From an uncultured delta proteobacterium (GTDB taxonomy: Bacteria; Desulfobacterota; Binatia; UBA9968): a stretch of DNA of 64,000 nt. The notes under the pieces are model-generated. The model searched no databases and had not been told where the DNA came from. It saw nothing but the letters and a program-made list of their open reading frames with translations. Of the stretch, positions 31,991-44,064 are shown piece after piece. A program made the translations under genes and the position numbers. Positions within the stretch are counted from its first letter, which is position 1; each line of letters starts with the position of its first letter. Location: assembly GCA_963755715.1 (NCBI GenBank), contig CAVWLW010000003.1, positions 32,001 to 96,000 of the forward strand, read 5' to 3'.

Positions 31991-33242
31991 TTAGGGATTG
32001 GTCATGACCCAGGTAGTTTTGCGCGGGCCGCGCGGCAATACGACAACGCCGCTTTGCGAAACCGTGTAGCGCTCTCGATCCTCGTCGGCATCGTAGCCGA
32101 TTTGTGTTCCCGATGGGATGACGTTGGCTTTGTCGATGATCGCGTGACGAATCTTACAACCGCGGCCGATCTCGACCCAGTCCATGATCACCGAATCTTC
32201 GATCTGGCTGTAGCTGTGAATTCTGACGTTTCTGCCGACCACGCAGTTGTGCACATAGCTGCCGCTGATGATCGTGCCCTCGGCGACGATCGAGTTGACC
32301 GCCATGCCTTGGCGATCTTTCCAATCGAAGACAAATTTCGCCGGCGGATCGGCGTAGCCGACCGTACGCAGCGGCCAACTGCGGTTATATAAATTAAATG
32401 ACGGGTCGATGGAGCACAAATCCATGCTCGCTTCGTAGTAGGCATCGATCGTTCCCAGATCGCGCCAGTAGCTCGGCTCTTCTCCTTTGGACGGGATCGG
32501 CACGCGGTTTTTGCGGAAGTCGTAGGCGAAGATTTTGCTGCTCTGGATCAGCCCCGGCAGGATATCGCGGGCGAAATCGTGAGTGCTGGCGGGCTTCTCG
32601 GCGTCGGCATTGAGCGAAGCGATCAAGACTTCATTGTTGAAAAGGTAATTGCCCATCGACACGAGCGCATAATTCGGCTCTCCCGGGATCGACTTGGGAT
32701 TTTTCGGCTTCTCGTCAAAGCCAGTGATGCGCCAATCGGCATCGACTTTGATAACGCCGAACTGCGAAGCCTCTTCGATCCTGACCGGCAGCGCGGCGAC
32801 GGTGACGTCGGCGGATTTTTTTTGATGCTCGTCGATCATCTGCCGGACGTTCATGCGATAGATGTGATCGGCCCCGAAAACCGCGACCAACCTAGGATTG
32901 TGGCGCTCGAGCAGATATAAATTCTGATAGACGCAATCGGCGGTGCCTTGGTACCAGTCTTCGCCCGAGCGCATCTGCGCGGGTACCGGCGTAACGAAAT
33001 GGTCGCCGAGAAAATCAGTCGTGCGCCAGCCTCGGTCGAGATGCTCGAGCAGCGACTGGGCTTTAAACTGGGTCACCACGTAAATCGACAGAATGCCCGA
33101 GTTGATGAAGTTGGACAGCACGAAATCGATGATCCGATAGCGGCCGCCGAAAGGCACAGCGGGCTTCGCCCGATGCTGGGTCAAGGGATAAAGGCGTTCG
33201 CCTCTTGCCGCCCGCCATGATTACGCCGAGCACGTACATCAT
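31991..33242 (-). CDS. glgC: Glucose-1-phosphate adenylyltransferase, frameshift near 33205
   Basis: MYVLGVIMAGG/RGERLYPLTQHRAKPAVPFGGRYRIIDF, WYQGTAD, EKP, SMGNYLF, YWRDLGT. Confidence 0.95.
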
Positions 33243-33265
33243 AGACCTCTTATTGGAGTTCTCCC

Positions 33266-34706
33266 TTAATTGACAAGTTGCCGGTACAAATCGACGTAAC
33301 CCTTCGCCGAACGGTCCCAGGAAAAATCCATCGCCATGGCGCGACGCCGAAGCGCGCGTCCAGGCTTTCTTATTGTGAAACACCCCCAAGCTTTGATCCA
33401 CGGCGTCGAGCAAAGCAGGCGCCGTGTAGGGCTCGAAAACAAAGCCCGTGCCGGTTTCGGCGCGGGCATCGTAGTGCTGCACGGTATCTTTCAAGCCGCC
33501 AACGGCGCGCACGATCGGAATGGTACCATATTTAAGGCTAAACATCTGGTTGAGGCCGCAGGGCTCGTAGAGCGACGGCATCAGGAAAAGATCCGCGCCC
33601 GCCTCGATCTGGTGCGCGAGGGGCTCGTCGAAACCGATGCGCGCCGCCACCTGCTCCGGATAGCGCGCCGCGGCGGCGCGAAAAAAATCCTCGTAGCGCG
33701 GCGCGCCGGTGCCGAGCACGACGAACTGAACCTGGCGCTCCATCAGCGCGGCGAAAATATTTTCAATCAGATCGAATCCTTTTTGCGGCGTGAGGCGCGA
33801 GATCATGGCCAAGAGCGGCGTATCGCTCTTATCGGCAAGGCCGAGCGCGCGCCTGAGCTTTTTTTTGCAGGAGCTTTTCAATTCGAGACTGTTCTCGCCA
33901 TAGTGGTCCGCCAGGTAGGGATCTGTCCAGGGATTCCATTGATGGTAATCGACGCCGTTGAGAATGCCGACGAGATCGGCGGCGCGCTGGCGCAGCACGC
34001 CTTCGAGGCCAAAACCCTGCTCGGCGCTCATAATTTCCCTTGCGTAAGAAGGGCTCACGGTGCTGAGCTTATCGGCAAAAACAAGCGCGCCTTTGAGAAA
34101 ATTGATATTGCCGTAAAATTCCAAAAACTGCGGCGTAAAAAAGCTCGCATCGAGATCCAACAGACGCCAATCGGGTGGCCCGAAGATTCCTTGAAAGCCG
34201 AGATTGTGAACCGTAAAAACCGTTTTTGCCGCGGCCAATTCAGGGTAGCGAGCCGGTTGAGCTTTCAGAAAGACGATCGCCAAGGCGGTTTGCCAATCGT
34301 GCCCATGCACGATATCCACGCGCTCGCGGCGCAGCAGCTCCAGAGCGGCGCGGCTGAAAAAGCTAAACCGCTCGGAATTGTCCGGATAATCGCCGCTCGG
34401 CGGGCCGTAAAGAAACTCGCGATCGAAGTAGGCATCGGCACGGATCAAGTAAACCGTCGCACGATTGCCGATCGAGCCCTCGAGCACCGTTGCTTCCTGC
34501 CGGCGGTCGGCAAGCGCGACGGAGAGTTTGTCGGGCATCTCGCGCAAAACGAAACCGCCCTGAAGGGCAGAACGATAGGCCGGCGCGATGACGCAGACTT
34601 CGTGACCGAGCCGTGCCAATGCGACCGAAAGCGTGCCGAGCACGTCCGCCAAGCCGCCGGTCTTGGCGAAGGGCGTGACTTCGGAAGCAATCATCGCGAT
34701 CTTCAT
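33266..34706 (-). CDS. glgA: Glycogen synthase, frameshift near 33355
   Basis: KTGGLADV, HGHDWQT, GILNGVD, PSLYEPCGL, GGLKDTV; tail AMAMDFSWDRSAKGY in another frame. Confidence 0.95.
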
Positions 34707-34757
34707 CTCGGTTCGTTGAACCTATTCAATGCAGTTGTTTGGCGCGAGTTTGCCGAG

Positions 34758-36672
34758 TTATTTTTTGTCGGTCAAAAACAATACTGATAATGGCGGCAGG
34801 GTGAGCGGCAATGAAAATGGGCGGCCGTGTTGCGGCCACGGATCGGCGTCCACGCCGCCGCGATTGCCCATGCCGCTGCCGCCGTACTCCGTCGCGTCGC
34901 TGTTCAAGGCTTCGCGCCAAAAGCCGCCGTGCGGCGCGCCGATCCGATACTCTTGCCGCGGCACGGGCGTGAAATTACAGACCATAAGCACTAAATTCGC
35001 AGTGGATTTCCCCTTGCGGATTAAACTCACCACGCTGCTTTCAGCGTCGCCGCAATCGATCCATTCAAAGCCGGCCGGCTCGCAGTCGAGTTCGTGCAGC
35101 GCGGGCTCGCTGCGGTAAAGGCGATTGAGGTCCCGAATCCATTGCTGCACACCGCTGTGAAGCGGGTAATCCACCAGATCCCAATCCAGACTCCCGTCGT
35201 GGCTCCACTCGCGCCACTGGCCGAACTCACCGCCCATAAACAGGAGCTTCTTCGCCGGTTGCGCATACATGTAGCCGTACAGAGCGCGCAGATTGGCAAA
35301 CTTCTGCCAATCATCGCCGGACATCTTTCCCAAGAGGGAGCCCTTGCCGTAGACGACCTCGTCGTGGGAGAGCGGTAGGACAAAGTTTTCATGAAAAGCG
35401 TAGAGCATTCGAAACGTGAGCTTGTCTTGATGGTAGCGGCGATGCACGGGTTCCTTGCGCATGTATTGCAGCGTGTCGTGCATCCAACCCATGTCCCATT
35501 TAAGACCGAAGCCGAGGCCGCCGACGTAGGTCGGCCGCGACACCATCGGCCAGTCGGTGGATTCCTCCGCGATAGTTTGCGTGTCGGGAAAATGCTCGTA
35601 GACGGCGGCATTAAGCCGGCGCAGAAAATCGATGGCGTCGATATTTTCGCGACCGCCATATTTGTTAGGAACCCATTCGCCGTCCTTGCGCGCGTAGTCG
35701 AGATAGAGCATCGACGCCACGCGCATCCACGCGCAGACCGTCGGCGTGATAACGGTCGAGCCAAAACAGCGCGTTGCTGATGAGGAAACTCCGAACTTCG
35801 TTGCGTCCGTAGTTGAAAATAAAACTGTTCCATTCCGGATGGTAGCCTTGACGCGAATCGGCGTGCTCGTATAAATGGGTGCCATCAAAAAAAGCCGGGC
35901 CGTGTTCGTCGCTGGGAAAATGCGAAGGCACCCAATCGAGGATGACGCCGATGCCGCGCTGATGCAGGTAATCGATCAAGTACATGAGGTCTTGCGGCGT
36001 GCCGAAGTTTCCCGACGGCGCAAAAAACCCGGTAATTTGATAGCCCCACGAGCCAAAAAAAGGATGATCCATCACCGGCATGAATTCCACGTGGGTGTAA
36101 TCCAGCTTTTGCAGATAATCGGCGAGCTGGGGCGCCAATTCGCGGTAGGATAGCGAACGGTTGCCTTCCTGCTCGATGCGCCGCCACGAGCCCAGGTGCA
36201 TTTCATAAATCGCCATCGGTTTGTCGAGGCGATTGCGCTGGTGGCGGCCGGCCATCCATTCGCGATCACCCCACGTGTAATCGAGATCCCAAACGATGGA
36301 AGCGGTTTTCGGCGGCACTTCGTTGAATATCGACAGCGGGTCAGCTTTATCGACTCGGTAACCGTTGAACCGCGAGACGATGCGATATTTGTAAAGAGCC
36401 CCCTTGCCCATGTCGGGAAAAAACCCTTCCCATATGCCGGATTGGCCCTTGGGCATAAGCGCGTGGCTATCCCGATGCCACTGATTGAAATCACCCATGA
36501 CGAAAACCTGCTCGGCATCAGGCGCCCAAACGGCGAAATAGGTGCCGGTGTTTTCTCCGGCAATGAGGTGAGCGCCGAGCTTCTCGTAAAGGCGAAAGTG
36601 GCTGCCTTGATTAAAAAGATAGAGATCGTCCTCGTTCAGCAGACTGATGATCGGTGGTTGTGACATTATCAT
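34758..36672 (-). CDS. glgB: 1,4-alpha-glucan branching enzyme, frameshift near 35728
   Basis: [47 protein letters not shown]. Confidence 0.95.
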
Positions 36673-36676
36673 TATT

Positions 36677-38799
36677 TTATCTTATCGGCGCCACGAATGT
36701 CGCCGATGTGTCTTCAATACTTCCACGACAGACCCCATCTCGCAGCATCGTTTCGAGCGGGAGGTGGGCTTTGCGCTGCCAATTGGGCCGCTCTTGCCAC
36801 GTACCGGGAGTATTTTGCGGCAACGGTTCGAGCCAAAGGTCTTCCAAGTTGATCAGTAAGAACTCTTCATCATTCTGAGCGAGAAACGTCAACCATGCGG
36901 CGAGCACGGCGCCAGGGTCGGCGCTATTGTCAGTCAGCGAACCGCGCGAGCGGAGAAATTTAGTCAGCGCTTCTCGCTGCGCTGCGCGGTATTGCTGCTC
37001 CTGTTGCGCTTGCGCTTCTGCGAGCAAGCCCAGCTCGACTCGATCTTGGATGTCGGCACCGGTCCAAAAACCCATGAACGTCGCCGTGTCGTGGGTATTG
37101 AGACTTGCGACGGTATTCGCCGGGACCTTGTCGAGCGCCGGCTCGGCAGCCGCGTTCACGCCGAAGATTCCCACGTGCATGCCGAGAATTTTATGACGTT
37201 CCATCGCTTCGTCGACGTAGAACGGCACCGTGCCGAGATTTTCGCCGACGATTTGCACGTGCGTGGCGGTGTGATTCCAGACACAAGATCGCATAGTACT
37301 CTTGTGCTTGATTGTGAACATACAAGCCCTCGGCGGCGCTGAAGCCGTCCGGTACCCAGAAGGCGCGGTGTAAGCCCATGATGTGATCGATGCGCAGCAT
37401 GCCCGGCCAAAGCCATATGATGGCGAATGCAATCGATGTAGTAGCGATATCCTTGGCGCTCGGATGGCGTCGGGATGAAGCGGCGGAAAGCCCCAGTCTT
37501 GGCCTTTCACGAATAAGCCGTCGGGCGGAGCGCCGCCGTTGGCGCTCAAGGCGAATAGATTCCGCTCGCGCCAGACATCGTAACCGTCGCGATTCACGCC
37601 GAGAGGAAAGTCGAGATAAAGCGTCGCGCCGGTCTTCTTTCGCCTCATCGCGCAACCAGCGCGTTTGTTCGTCGCATTGCCACTGGACGTAAAGATGGTA
37701 CTGATAAGCGCCCTCGTCATAGTCATCGGCGGTTAGTGTGCCGGCGCAGGCGGCGGACGGCCAATAGAACCAGACTTTTGCGTTCGCGCTCGACTTTGGC
37801 GCGAAAGGCGGCGTAGTCCCGCGCCATGGGATGAGTTGTCACGTACTTTTTAAAGCTCGTCCGGCGCTTGGAGTTTTTTTTCAGAAGAAATTTTAACAGC
37901 TCCTCGATCGCCTGACGTTTGAGAGCCATGCACTTTCGGTAGTCAACCACCAATTGCGCGCGGGCATCGTTTAAGTCGCTTTGAAACCCGGCGGAGTTGG
38001 CGATGGCTTGCGCCGCCGGACACTGGGCGAACTCCGGGATCCTCGTCACGTCGAGATAAAACTCATTCCAAAAGAGCCTGCTCACAGGGGCGTAGGGACT
38101 CGGATTGAACGGCTCGTCCAAGAAGCTCGCGAGCATCGGCAGGGTGGCGACGGCTTGCCCCTTCAACTCGCCGACAAAGCCAGCAAATGTCGCGAGATCG
38201 GTGTAATCGCCGGCACCCCAGCTCCGCGCCGAGTTGAGAGCATAGAGCGGACAGAAAACGCCCCATGCCTTAGCGTCGTTGGTGTTCACCGAGGCGTATG
38301 CTTGAGGCGGCGCCGAAATTACATACGATTCCAAATGAAGATCACCGAGCCGAAGCTTTAACCGGTGATAACCGAGGGGAATTTGCGCTTGAATAACAAG
38401 GCTTCGAACCAGGTAGCCCACTCCTTCGACCTCGCGGGCACAGACGCGCCCGCCCGGCTCATCGCTGCACTCGCCCGCTTGCAGCTCGCCGGTTTCGAGA
38501 ACGACTTGGTATTTTCCTTTTGTCTCGGCGAGCCGCTGCGGCAGGCGCACTTTGAAACTTAGCGGCTTGCCTTGCCAGGCAACGAGCACCGGTTCGATGG
38601 CGCGTTGCCAGAGGTTCTGACGCCGTTCGCGCAGGGCGCTTGGAAGATCGTCGCTCGACTTGACCGGCGCGTCGAGGGATTTAAGCACGGCAATAATCGC
38701 CTCTGGGGGCGCGGTGCGCACTTGACCGAAGCCGTCACGGTAGACGGTCTGGAGGTTGTAGAGTCGCGCGAAATTCTTCAGCAGGTCGGGAGTCACCAT
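36677..38799 (-). CDS. malQ: 4-alpha-glucanotransferase (GH77), several frameshifts between about 37250 and 37780
   Basis: WGVFCPLYAL, WGAGD, SPYAPVSR, LYLDFPLG, GAPPD, GQDWG, RIDHIMG, GENLG, THDT, NTPGT, NW. Confidence 0.9.
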
Positions 38800-38983
38800 G
38801 AAAAATAGCTTAGCAAAGCATCGCGCGGATTACTCGGCGGCCGGACGATGAACGATCCAAAAAAAGTTTGCGTGTCACTTTGGCTCGCAGCGTGATCGCC
38901 ACGACAGGGTTATTGAAATCGTCGGATGACCGTTAGCAGTTGGCTAAAAAAACCGCCGGAACCTGAACGGCAATAGAAACGGA

Positions 38984-40040
38984 TTACACTAAACGCACCC
39001 AGGCTTTTTGCAACGAGGTGGCGTAACCGACTTCGGTTGCATGGGTGACGCCGGCCGCATGCAGATCCTCAACCAACTTGGCGGCGTGTCGCTTGGCGAC
39101 GGCGAGAAGCAGGCCGCCGGACGTCTGGGGATCGAGAGCGATCTCGACGAGCCCTTCACGGATCGATTTGTCGATGGTCATTTTATCGCTGAGATATTCT
39201 CTATTCCGTTTGCAGCCGCCGGTGATGTAGCCTTTCTCAGCCAAACGCGGCGCGCCGCGCAGGAGCGGCATTTTTGCCGATTCGATCACTAGAGTGACGC
39301 CGCTGCCGCTGGCCATCCCGAGGGCGTGGCCGAGTATGCCAAAGCCGGTGACATCGGAGCAGGCGTGCACCGAGTGTTTGCGCGCGACCATCGATGCCGC
39401 GGCATTCAGCGTCGTCATCGACTTCACCGCTTCGTTCACGCTCTCATCCGAAGCTTTGCCTTTCTTGAGCGCTGTGGTAATGATGCCGGTGCCGAGCGCT
39501 TTGGTCAGAATCAGCACATCGCCTTCCTGGACGCCGACGTTGCGAAAAATTTTGTCGGGATGGATCACGCCCGTGACCGCCATGCCGAATTTAATTTCTT
39601 CATCGATAATGCTGTGGCCGCCGATGACAACCGCGCCGCTTTCTTTGACCTTTGTCCGCGCCGCCCTTGAGGATCTCACCCAGGATCTCGATATCCATTT
39701 TGCCCTTGGGGAAGCAGACGATGTTCATGCAGGTTACGGGATCGCCGCCCATGGCGTAAACATCGCTTAGCGAGTTCGCCGCCGAGATCTGCCCGAAGAT
39801 ATAGGGGTCATCGACGATCGGCGTGAAAAAATCGACCGTGTTGACGATCGCAAGGTCGGGGCGCAGTCGATACACCCCCGCGTCGTCGCCGGTTTCGGTG
39901 CCGACGAGCATGTCGGAATTTTTGAACTTGGGCAGCTCGTGCAAGACTTGCGCGAGGTCGGCGGGGCCGAGCTTTGCTGCTCAGCCGGCGGCTTTGACCT
40001 CTTGCGTCAGGCGCACAGCTTTTCTCTTTTTTAGGATCAT
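38984..40040 (-). CDS. selD: Selenide,water dikinase with in-frame UGA (Sec) at the catalytic position; frameshift near 39655
   Basis: [22 protein letters not shown](39983-39981)-AAKLGP; [43 protein letters not shown]. Confidence 0.93.
39936..39956 (-). promoter_or_regulatory. Candidate bacterial SECIS hairpin of selD
   Basis: mRNA CUCGCGCAA-GUC-UUGCACGAG; apical G is the 34th nt after UGA. Confidence 0.6.
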
Positions 40041-40074
40041 GATGCGATTACTTTAGTGCGATCAATGGTCAAAT

Positions 40075-42009
40075 TCAACGTGGCGAGAGAGGCTTTTCAC
40101 TCGTCGGCGCAGATTTCAATCGGCGGATGTCGCCGATGCGAATCGTCAGTCCGTCACGATCGAAGTATTCCAGGAGCGGGATCGTGTACTTGCGGCTGGA
40201 GCCGATCAGATCGCGGAACGATGCCGCGGTCATTTCGCCTTTCGTAGTTAAATATTCTTTTAATCTTTGCCTAAGCGTTGCGATGCTGCTCGCCAGAAAA
40301 TACATGTCAGTGGTGACGCGGACGATCGAGCCGTCTCGTTCCAGCAGGCGGATCACTTCATTCAAACGCGGGCGCGGCACGCCGGCCTGCTTTTCGATCT
40401 CTTTCAGATCCGGAGGCGCCAGCGGCTGTTCGCCGAGGAGTTTTTTGATTTTGTCCATCAGCGTCTTTTCTTGGCCGCCGAGCTGGACGCGGTGACTGGC
40501 AAGGCGCAGCAGGTTGTCTTCCTTGGCGATCAATTTTTCTTCGATCATGGTGTCGACGAGCAGGCGGAAAATCTTCGGGGACAATTCATAAACCAGCTTG
40601 CCGCGCAATTCTTCCATGTCCATCCCGGGCAGGAGCGGATGACCGGCGTGAAAATCCTTTAATGACTGGACGATTTGTTCGTTGATGCGCCGCCACTTTT
40701 GTTCGGTGGTGTAAACTTTTTCGCCTTCCGCATTCAAGACTCGCAGCGGTTTCATCGTGTCGATGACATCGCGCATCTGTTCTTCCCTGATGTTGAGAAA
40801 TTGATGAATCGCGTCGATCGGCGCCGCGAACAATTCGCTGGCGTCGATAAAGGCTTGAGTGAGCGCCCCTACGTCGCCGCGGTGCAACGCTTCCAACCGG
40901 TTACTCAGCTCGCGATCACTCCGTTTGTGGCGTTTCGCCCAGGGATTGATCACCAGCCCGCCCGCCAAAGTTCGCCGCGCAGTCTCGTCTCGCACGATGA
41001 AATGGTCGCCGCGCAAGACCAGCAGCGGCTCGTTGAGCATGACTTGGCAATAGGCCGATTGTTTGGGCTCGATTTTTTCCGCGTTGCCGAGAACGACAAT
41101 TTTGCCGAGCCGTTCCGCGGTGCCGAGATGAATGCGCACTCGCTGATGATTTTTGATGCCCTTGGCCGCTGCCGGCCGGACTTCCAGAAATGCATCGAAA
41201 CGATCCGAAGTCAGCGTCAGCTTCTCGTGACAGATCACCTGACCGCGCTCGATCGAGGCGCGCTCGGGACCGGTGAGATTGATCGCCACCCGTTGTCCCC
41301 AGACCGCCGTGTCGACGGGTTTGCCGTGAACTTGCAGGCTGCGCACGCGAAAAAGATAATCGCCCGGCAGGCAGCGCACTTGCTCGCCGACTTTGACTTC
41401 GCCGCTGAGCGCTGTGCCGGTAACGACGACGCCATGCCCTTGCATTACGAAGGCGCGGTCGACGGGCAGGCGGAAGTAACCGTTCGGCGCTGCTTTGGCG
41501 TGGCTTTTTAAAAGTTCGGCGATGCGGTCTTTGAGCTCGGAAATTCCTTGGCCGGTGACCGACGAAACGGTGATCTTCGGAGAATTCTCCAGCGTCGTGC
41601 CGAGAGTCAAGATATCGATCTCTTCCTCGATGTCGGCGATCCGCGCAGGCGAAACTAAATCCGCTTTGGTAATCACAAAAAGCGCAAGCTTGATGCCGAG
41701 CAGGTGGACAATGTCCAAATGCTCTTCGGTCTGCGGCATAACGCCGTCGTCGGCGGCGACGGTAAACAGCACGAGATCGATGCCGTGCGCGCCGGCGAGC
41801 ATGTTCTTGATAAAGCGCTCGTGGCCGGGCACGTCGACGATGCCCGCCGAAGTACCGTCGGGCAGATCGAGATGGGCGAAACCGAGATCGATGGAGATGC
41901 CGCGCTCTTTTTCTTCCTTGAGCCGGTCGGTGTCGGTGCCGGTGAGCGCCTTGATCAGGCTAGTTTTACCGTGATCGATGTGGCCGGCAGTGCCGATGAT
42001 GTAAGGCAT
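40075..42009 (-). CDS. selB: Selenocysteine-specific elongation factor
   Basis: [32 protein letters not shown]-terminal [13 protein letters not shown] winged helix. Confidence 0.97.
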   Translation of the reverse strand: MPYIIGTAGHIDHGKTSLIKALTGTDTDRLKEEKERGISIDLGFAHLDLPDGTSAGIVDVPGHERFIKNMLAGAHGIDLVLFTVAADDGVMPQTEEHLDIVHLLGIKLALFVITKADLVSPARIADIEEEIDILTLGTTLENSPKITVSSVTGQGISELKDRIAELLKSHAKAAPNGYFRLPVDRAFVMQGHGVVVTGTALSGEVKVGEQVRCLPGDYLFRVRSLQVHGKPVDTAVWGQRVAINLTGPERASIERGQVICHEKLTLTSDRFDAFLEVRPAAAKGIKNHQRVRIHLGTAERLGKIVVLGNAEKIEPKQSAYCQVMLNEPLLVLRGDHFIVRDETARRTLAGGLVINPWAKRHKRSDRELSNRLEALHRGDVGALTQAFIDASELFAAPIDAIHQFLNIREEQMRDVIDTMKPLRVLNAEGEKVYTTEQKWRRINEQIVQSLKDFHAGHPLLPGMDMEELRGKLVYELSPKIFRLLVDTMIEEKLIAKEDNLLRLASHRVQLGGQEKTLMDKIKKLLGEQPLAPPDLKEIEKQAGVPRPRLNEVIRLLERDGSIVRVTTDMYFLASSIATLRQRLKEYLTTKGEMTAASFRDLIGSSRKYTIPLLEYFDRDGLTIRIGDIRRLKSAPTSEKPLSPR

Positions 42010-42014
42010 GATGA

Positions 42015-42048
42015 GAATTAAAAATTCAAAATTAAAAATTCAAAAATC
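42015..42048. repeat. AT-rich heptad tandem repeat (AATTAAA/AATTCAA) between selA and selB
   Basis: AATTAAAAATTCAAAATTAAAAATTCAAAAAT. Confidence 0.7.
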
Positions 42049-43435
42049 ATTCGCCGGCAAACTTTGGGACGAGGTCGTTGGCATCGAAGATACATCTCAG
42101 GTCGAGGAGAAATCGGTCGTCATTTATCCGGCCGATGATCGGGGGATCGGCGGCGCGGAACTTTTGCGCGATGGCGTTGGCACTGAACTTTGGGTGCGCG
42201 ATGCTGACGACGACTGTCGGCAGCTCTTCGGTGGGCAGGGCGCCGCTACCGATCTGTGCCGTTGAGTCTTCGAGCTGGATCTGGAATTCAACGCCGAGCG
42301 CCGCTTGAAGGTTGGGTAATAACTGTTCGCCGGTCGCGCGAATTTCTTCGACAGATCGGGTAAAAGCTCGAAGCGTGGGAATTTCTTCGACGATGTTCGG
42401 CGACTGGCGGTAGCGGCGCAAGGTTGCTTCGAGGGCGGCCAATGTCAGCTTGCCGCAGCGCAGGGCGCGCTGCAGATGATTTTTGTTCATCCTGCCGATC
42501 AAATCTTTTTTGCCGACCATCAGGCCCGCCTGTGGGCCGCCGAGAATTTTATCGCCGCTAAACGTCACGACGCTCGCGCCGGCTTGAATTCTTTCCGCGA
42601 CGATCGGTTCCTTGGGCAAGCCGTACCGGCTTAAATCGATAAGAGCGCCGCTGCCGAGATCTTCCATCACCGGCAGGTTGTGCTTTTTGCCGATGGCGAC
42701 GAGCTCTTCCAGTGTCACTTCGGCGGTGAAGCCGACCACTTTATAATTGCTCGTGTGAACTTTAAGCAGCAGCGCGGTTTTTTCGTTGATGGCATTTTCG
42801 TAATCAACCGGGTGGGTGCGATTGGTCGCGCCCACTTCACGCAGCACGGCGCCGCTTTTGGCCATGATCTCGGGAATGCGAAAGGCGCCGCCGATCTCGA
42901 TCAGCTCGCCGCGCGAGACGATCACTTCTTTGCCTTCGGCCAAAGTGTTCAAACCGAGCAATACCGCGGCGGCATTATTATTGACCACCGTCGCGGCTTC
43001 AGCGCCGGTAAGCTCGGTCAATAGCTTTTCGAGCGTTTCCTCGCGCTTGCCGCGTTTGCCGGCGGCGAGGTCGTATTCCAGATTGATCGGATGATCGGCG
43101 ACCTCGACCATGGCGTCGATCGCCGCGCGCGGTAGCAAGGCGCGGCCCAAGTTCGTGTGTAAGATGGTGCCGGTGGCATTGACAACTCGGATATGCCCCG
43201 GTTGGCCGTCAATAAAAATCGCGCTTTCGATCCGTTCGACGATCGCATCTTCACTCAGTTCGACTGAGCGACCGCTCCGCCTGATCTCAGCGCGAAGCTG
43301 TTCGAGAACAGCGCGGCTTTGTTCCGTGACATATTCCCGATTGTAACGCGCCAGCAATGCTTCGCAGCGCGCATGTTTGAGCAGACGATCGATGGATGGA
43401 AGCTCGCGCAAAAGAGTGGCGGTCTGATCGGCCAT
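42047..43435 (-). CDS. selA: L-seryl-tRNA(Sec) selenium transferase
   Basis: VNATGTILHTNLGRA, VNNNAAA, SRGELIEIGG, VHTSNY, DLGSG, FSGDKILGGPQAG (PLP Lys). Confidence 0.97.
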   Translation of the reverse strand: MADQTATLLRELPSIDRLLKHARCEALLARYNREYVTEQSRAVLEQLRAEIRRSGRSVELSEDAIVERIESAIFIDGQPGHIRVVNATGTILHTNLGRALLPRAAIDAMVEVADHPINLEYDLAAGKRGKREETLEKLLTELTGAEAATVVNNNAAAVLLGLNTLAEGKEVIVSRGELIEIGGAFRIPEIMAKSGAVLREVGATNRTHPVDYENAINEKTALLLKVHTSNYKVVGFTAEVTLEELVAIGKKHNLPVMEDLGSGALIDLSRYGLPKEPIVAERIQAGASVVTFSGDKILGGPQAGLMVGKKDLIGRMNKNHLQRALRCGKLTLAALEATLRRYRQSPNIVEEIPTLRAFTRSVEEIRATGEQLLPNLQAALGVEFQIQLEDSTAQIGSGALPTEELPTVVVSIAHPKFSANAIAQKFRAADPPIIGRINDDRFLLDLRCIFDANDLVPKFAGE

Positions 43436-43587
43436 GGGGAAAATCAGATTTACACAGGGAAGAAGCAAATTCAACATGACTTTTGAGTGGAGAATCGGTG
43501 CGCCGTTGTCGTTTGCGCATGTTTGACAAGCGCCATCGGCTTCCATAGAGTTCTGCGCGAGACAGGCGCTGGCTCAAGCGAACCGAG

Positions 43588-43953
43588 ATGGATCATCCCG
43601 CCGAAACAAAAACTGTTTCTCAACGTAAAGATCCTCGCACAACGGTCATCGAATTATTGCGCAGCCGCAACAAACAAGCGCGCTTCATGACCGAATTGCA
43701 GGCTTCGCTGGCGCGTTATGGGATCGGCACGGAAGAAGCCGACCGCGCTTTAGCGGAGTTGGAGTCCGAACGAGTCGTGATGATCCGCGACAATTTCTGC
43801 GCTGATCCTCATCTGGCCGGCGTCAACCTGCGCGTCGTCGCGCTGGTGGAGAGCGTCGATGGCGGCGATCCGCAGATGAGCGCGATTCGCCTGATCGACG
43901 AAGCCTGGAACAAGTGGCTGAGTGAGTATCTGGCCAATCATCGGTGCGGATGA
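43588..43953 (+). CDS. Hypothetical 121-aa protein, winged-helix-like N-terminus with CxxxH and C-terminal HRC motifs
   Basis: VIELLRS...ELQASL...ADRALAELESERVV; CADPH; ends ANHRCG-TGA; divergent from selA. Confidence 0.65.
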   Translation: MDHPAETKTVSQRKDPRTTVIELLRSRNKQARFMTELQASLARYGIGTEEADRALAELESERVVMIRDNFCADPHLAGVNLRVVALVESVDGGDPQMSAIRLIDEAWNKWLSEYLANHRCG

Positions 43954-44064
43954 AGCAGATTGGAGCGATGGAGATAGTGAAATGATGGAGTGTTCGGATG
44001 TCTGCCTCAATACTCCAGTGAACTCCAAGATCTCGCAATCTGAGATTCTGACTGGAGCGAAGAC

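Noticed and set aside
33063-34706. Apparent GlgA-GlgC fusion (547-aa ORF)
   Set aside because: Produced by frameshifts; the true glgA tail ends at 33266 and glgC has its own RBS and start at about 33242
38800-44060. tRNA-Sec (selC) beside the sel operon
   Set aside because: No cloverleaf with a UCA anticodon arm found in the flanking intergenic regions
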